DNA of 63,837 nt, filler included, from Diploschistes diacapsis (lineage: Eukaryota), in NCBI GenBank assembly GCA_023645945.1. It is 7 parts of 7 records of this genome, joined end to end, with 100 filler letters (N's around TTAATTAATTAA, not from the genome) between each part and the next. Parts side by side here need not be neighbours in the genome. Positions count along the whole stretch, not along the records: positions 54,832 to 63,837 come from JALAIB010001084.1; 6 more parts are not named here. One strand, written 5' to 3'. Made by a program: the position numbers and the translations under genes. The notes beneath the pieces were generated by a model. The model was not told the origin of the DNA. It saw only the letters and a program-made list of their open reading frames with translations, and made no database searches. The number at the start of each line of letters is the position of its first letter. Positions within the stretch are counted from its first letter, which is position 1. Shown one piece after another: positions 59,130-63,837 of the stretch.

Positions 59130-60516
59130 TTAAAGGGTGGGAGGGAAAGTCACTGCAGCCAAGGGTGTGTACTGGTCGTCGTCCCAGATGGTAGAAATCG
59201 GTACACCCACGCCATCAGGGCCCACGGATTGAATGATGGCCCCGACCCGTGCGGTGACGGACTCCTGACGCTCCTCAAGTTTCACGGCTGGGCTCGGTTC
59301 CAAGCCCAAGGTGGTGCGCGATACCGATTCAGTTACTGTCGTCATCACGCTCGTCCTCCCATTCATTTCAACCCCAATAACAGAACCAGCAAAGCCCTCG
59401 ACGACCGTGAACGTCTGAGGAGGCTTGATGACCATTGCGGTGTGCACCCTGACTTCTGTATGCACCGATATGGCAGTCGGACTGGGTGCAACGTGGGAGG
59501 ATACATGACCATGCCGAAGCGTTTCCATGCGAGAAGCAGCGGGACTCGTGGCATTTACTTTGTTGAGGATCGCGAGGGGATCTATTGCCTCCCGCCGCGG
59601 GACGTTCATCCACCGAGAAACAGTCACAGTTGCTGCCCTTGCAGCTTTGCACTTGGTGCTGCTAGTTGTCATGGTTCTCGCCACTGCAGGGCCGTGGCGA
59701 TGGAGTTCCTCAGCGTTGGCCTCGGTCGGTTCACGCTTATCCTTCACTATCGCGCTTGAAGCTACTTCGTTGTCCTCATTTTGGGTGGCGGCCGTCTTGC
59801 TCGTCTCTTTGGCTAGGCCAGCGCTGATCTTCGAACCGGCAGAAGCGAGCGTGGCGGTGGCAGCAGTGGTGTCGGAGGCTTCGGTGGCCCTATGATGCGA
59901 ACTGATGTGCCTCGCTATGGGCCATGCGTTGTGTCTCCACCAATCCTCGGGTGTAGGCGAGGGCGAGCACATGTACCTCGTATCCGTCCTAGTCAACGAA
60001 TGGTTGGGAGCCTGTTCGGTGCAGTCCGGGATTAGCTTTCCCCATCCGTCGCTGCTGCTCGCCACAAAGGGAGGGGAACCTGAGAGAAGGAGACAGGAAC
60101 AAGTAGACACTACCAACATACTATGTACCGGGGATCGGTCGTGGCTGTGGGGTAGAAGGTCTCTGTCTCAACCCAGAGGTGGCAGCCATTGGGACAGGGG
60201 ACGAGCAAGGTAGCTTGAGTCGTGTGGCCAGGGGCGAAGTGCCATGTCTGGCAGGTGACATTGTGGATGATGGTCGTGGTGCATGACGACTCCGAGGTCA
60301 GCCAAGGCGAAGTCGAAGATGAGGACGAAGATGAGGTATGAGATGCAACGGGGGAGGCAGCGTGAGAGACAACGGGAGATGCTGTACTGTGAAGCTTCTT
60401 AGCCGACAGGCTTCGCTGCTCGAAACAGAAGCGAAGGGTCAGGAGGCATCGGGGAAGCGGTCGACTTACGCAACAGCTGCCAAGATCGAGGCAGCGATGA
60501 AGTAAAAGAAGTTCAT
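59130..60516 (-). CDS. Putative secreted Ser/Thr-rich protein; exon structure unresolved
   Basis: Signal-like first exon MNFFYFIAASILAAV followed by a GTAAGT donor at 60469, and a downstream 329-aa Thr/Ser/Ala-rich ORF. Confidence 0.45.
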
Positions 60517-61129
60517 TGTGAGGGCTCTTGCTGAGCAGTCTGTACGTAGTAGCTGATTCTATTCTCTACTTGCAGCGAAGAGTGATGAAGAGGCAGACGG
60601 ACAATGGGGAAGGAAGAAGCTGCTTATGAACAACTTGAGCAGTGAAGGTTGGCAGCACGGGTGAGTTTCGAGTAGAGATTGTGTGGATCATGAAAATTTC
60701 TATATACATATACTTGGTTTAAATCTGGGGCCGGGTGAGACAGGTATTCTCCATTTTGTTGCAACTATTAACCAGAAGCATTCATCGATGCCATAATATT
60801 AAGATCACATCTTCGGTATACTAGTACTCCTTCCAGAGTTGGGATCCCTTTTCTGGCTGAGAGGGTCAGTGGTTTAGTGGTCAGTGGTCAGTAGTCGGTG
60901 CAAGCGACCCACCATAACTAATATACCCACCATATATCCTCCACATGTCGAAGCACGCGGTGGGCTTGCTGCTAGTTTTTTCATTGGACGTGCAAGTAGG
61001 ACGATTCGAGCGAGCTCATAATCCCGCCTTCGTGGAGCCATTCATTTGCCCTCATATACATACATGTACACAAGTTTCTTTGGCCCTTCACTCCGCTTTC
61101 TCTTCAACCCGAAACTCCAGCCAGCTAAA

Positions 61130-62491
61130 CTACGACCTTACTTTGAACTTGTACTGATCCCCACGGTCCAGGTACACCACTTTCTCCTCGAGCCCAGCTT
61201 CTTTGATAGCTTTCTTGAAGTCGTCCAAAGGCGACAGGAACACATCATAGTCACTGCAACGAAGTCAGCCCCCGCGAACTGGGCTATGCATCTCCCGTTC
61301 AGCCCACAGAAAGAGGAATTTGCATACTCGTAATGGATAGGCACTGTCACGTCCGGTTGGATGAGCCTGACGAGCTCGAGCCCCTGTTTAGCATCCATTG
61401 TCACCATCAAGAGCGGGGCGGAAGGAGAAGGGAGGGTGGTCCCGCCAAGGTGGATCAGCATGAGATCCACTCCGCCTTTGCCTTGCTTTTCGAGGTAGGT
61501 GGGGATGTCCTTTAGGTCGTCGATCATGAGGGTATCGCCGGAGATGTAGATTCTACTCTCTCGTGAGTCTCGCGCTCTAATCGACTCCACCGGCGAACCC
61601 GAGTTGAGGTATCTTGTTGGTTGCGCGACTTACCGGTACCCGCACTGAAAAGAGCTTTCATCTTGGCCCTCTGCGCCCAGCTCAATCATCCAGCCATTGG
61701 TCGGCGGCACGGCTTGCACCAGATCATTCAGGGTAGCCAACACGCCCGGCGGGACATGTTTTCCTGGCATCCCCGTCACTTGTATCCCGGCGGTCGTTCC
61801 TTGTCTTTGTTCCCCTTCAATGCGGACGGTTGCGGACTCCCAAAAGTCCAAGGCGGTCACGGCCGTAAAGGACTCTCCGCTTCCCTTATTTGAAAGGTGC
61901 GATTTGGCGTGCGGGGTCGTGATAATAGGCAGATCTCGGCGGAGGGAAGACTCTACCTTTTCGTCGAAGTGGTCACTAAACTAGCCGGTTAGCTCTACCA
62001 CCCCCGCCAGGTGGAGACATGATGGAGCAGATATTGTACGCGTGATAGTGCGATAAACATATCAGGTCGATCCTGGGTAAGTCATGCAGATCGACTGCTG
62101 GATTCGTCCGTCGAGTCCCAGTCACGCCGGGACCGAGATGAACGTGGTCTCCGGCATGGAGAAAGTTGGGCTTTCGGGGCACTTGTCAATTACATTCAAT
62201 CGTATCCTGGACACCATAGAATGCGTACGTCGGTCATCAGGCGTATGCCGTGCCATTCCCTACGCCCAAGGTCAGCTACATGGGGCGATAGCAAGCGTGG
62301 ATATTTCAAGGTGGGTACAAGATTGTAGTCGCCGTGCCAACGAAGTAGATGCTCGCATTCTCGCCGCCGGACAGCTTGGGGTGGACTGCGGTGGATTTTG
62401 CGGCGGGGATGTTCTCCGCTTTGGGGTGATTAGAAGGGCGGTCTCTGGTTGGCTCGGGGGCCGTATTGGGGTTGATCGTGAGGTATTGCAT
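61130..62491 (-). CDS. Metallo-beta-lactamase-fold Zn-dependent hydrolase, multi-intron
   Basis: Exon pieces IYFVGTATTIL, PNFLHAGDHVHLGPGV, CLSHYH(A)-DHFD, GMPGKHVPPG, IYISGDTL, LIHLGGT and VPIHY(D)DYDVFLSPL. Confidence 0.87.
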
Positions 62492-63496
62492 ACTTTCTTT
62501 CGAAAGCGAAACCAACAACGTACTCTTTATTTTATGCTGTGAGTATGTTTTTGATTCGCATGTTCTCTGTTGACGTTGTGCGCTTGACGTGGGTGCTGAG
62601 ACATCAACGTCATTCTGATCCAGCCCCAGGATCGCGATATGCGGAGTTTGATGTCATTTTGAGATCTCGAGATTGAAACTTTTCATGTTTTTTAGTTGTA
62701 TGATTTTGTTTTCTTTCAGGGTATGAAACTTGCAATTCTATTCTGACTTTGTACGGAGTGACGGAGCTACGCAAATCTCCTACCACGAGACCTACCCCAT
62801 CACTCTGGCCACCGTTGCTGCGATCATTCCAGCGCTCCTCAAGACCCCTATTCAGGATCCTTTCAGCTTAGCTCCATCGCCCATGAGCGTGGATTTAGGC
62901 GCTGAGGCAACGGAGCACTCCATCCCATATGAGGTCTCTGTGCAATAGGCAGCAGAGGTCTTCGTGTTGCCTTTACAGCGAGTATTCGACAGTGTACTAA
63001 ATCATCCTTATACCGTTGATCTTCAAGCAGCTCCTAAGCAGTTGGAAGTCTTCACTGCGAGTTGTCTTTCCTCCTCGTTCGTCTAGGCCTTGCGCCTAGA
63101 CATTTCTTCGGTGTGTTCAAGCTCCGACATCTACAACTACCGGTCCAGAGCCCCTGTTTGAGTCAAGCTGCTGCAATAAATTCAACGATCTAGATGCGCG
63201 ACTTTAGACGCTTGCTTTGATGTTAGATTAAACATCCCAAGCATCACGGAAGTTCGAAGGCCATTCCTGCATGCTGGAGCAATGTCGCTTTCTTCAGTGG
63301 TGGAGAGATCATGACCACTATTGTTGAATGAAGTAGGATGAAGTCTCATTTCTGATGTCGAACTGTGGCGGCCTTTGGTGCAGCTAGAAAGAGTTTCTTT
63401 CGTTCTGGTACGTATCACTCAAACCTGAGCACGTCGATATTCTCAGACGTTGCGTCCCCCAAAGCTTTGCCTGAAGCTTTGGCCACCGAGTCTCCA

Positions 63497-63837
63497 TCAC
63501 TTGCCAACAGCCCTCGGATTCAACTGTCTCTCGGAATACCTCTGCTCGATGAATTCCAGACTGTGACACATGACCGTAGCCAGAACAGTGACAACCACCA
63601 TAACAAGTGCGCTTATCCCAGATGCAAAGAAGCTGGCCTGTGCCGAGTCAAGACCGGCCTGGCTGAATAGAACAGGCACATAGTACAGCACGCCGTCGAT
63701 GCCGCTGAACGACCGCATCGCCAGAATGAAGCACCCAAAAATCGTGCGACCTCTGGCCGGCGCGGCAAAAGCCCTCCCCAAACCCCCGCAGCATCTCCTG
63801 AACGCTATCGAAGAAAGACAACTCGAGAGAATGCTCC
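63497..63837 (-). pseudogene. MFS sugar-porter fragment (TM7-TM8 region), probably truncated or degenerate
   Basis: RTIFGCFILAMRSFSGIDGVLYYVPVLFSQAGL...SFFASGISALVMVV. Similarity is lost right after this, and no later transmembrane helices are evident. Confidence 0.55.

Overview
Eukaryotic DNA from a filamentous ascomycete (Pezizomycotina-like), with short GT-AG introns, CTAAC/CTGAC branch points and RIP-like AT-rich DNA. The window is not one locus. It is seven ~9-kb contigs (9055, 9055, 9051, 9037, 9023, 9010, 9006 bp, i.e. size-sorted) joined by identical 100-bp N44-TTAATTAATTAA-N44 spacers, so adjacency across spacers has no biological meaning. Contig 1: ESF2, NMD3, CEF1 and a SUN-domain gene. 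Contig 2: a hairpin cluster, a 592-bp hAT-like non-autonomous element with an 8-bp TSD, a frameshifted F-box/LRR-like pseudogene and an Nrg1-like C2H2 factor. Contig 3: partial APE1/LAP4, a full-size ABCG/PDR transporter and a low-complexity orphan. Contig 4: an asteroid/XPG-like gene, TFG1, and a Cid1/CutA-family nucleotidyltransferase with substituted catalytic residues. Contig 5: wholly RIP-degraded, with a Mutator transposase relic and a TPR-repeat gene relic. Contig 6: a hypothetical gene, LAS1, and glyoxalase II with a probable upstream mitochondrial-presequence exon. Contig 7: GH16, a Ser/Thr-rich secreted candidate, a metallo-beta-lactamase-fold hydrolase and a sugar-porter fragment. 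The best novelty candidates are the apparent pseudo-TUTase, the hAT-like element with its neighbouring hairpin cluster, and the RIPed multi-gene contig. No multi-gene novel system can be established from this window alone. All family assignments come from motif recognition by eye, not database searches.
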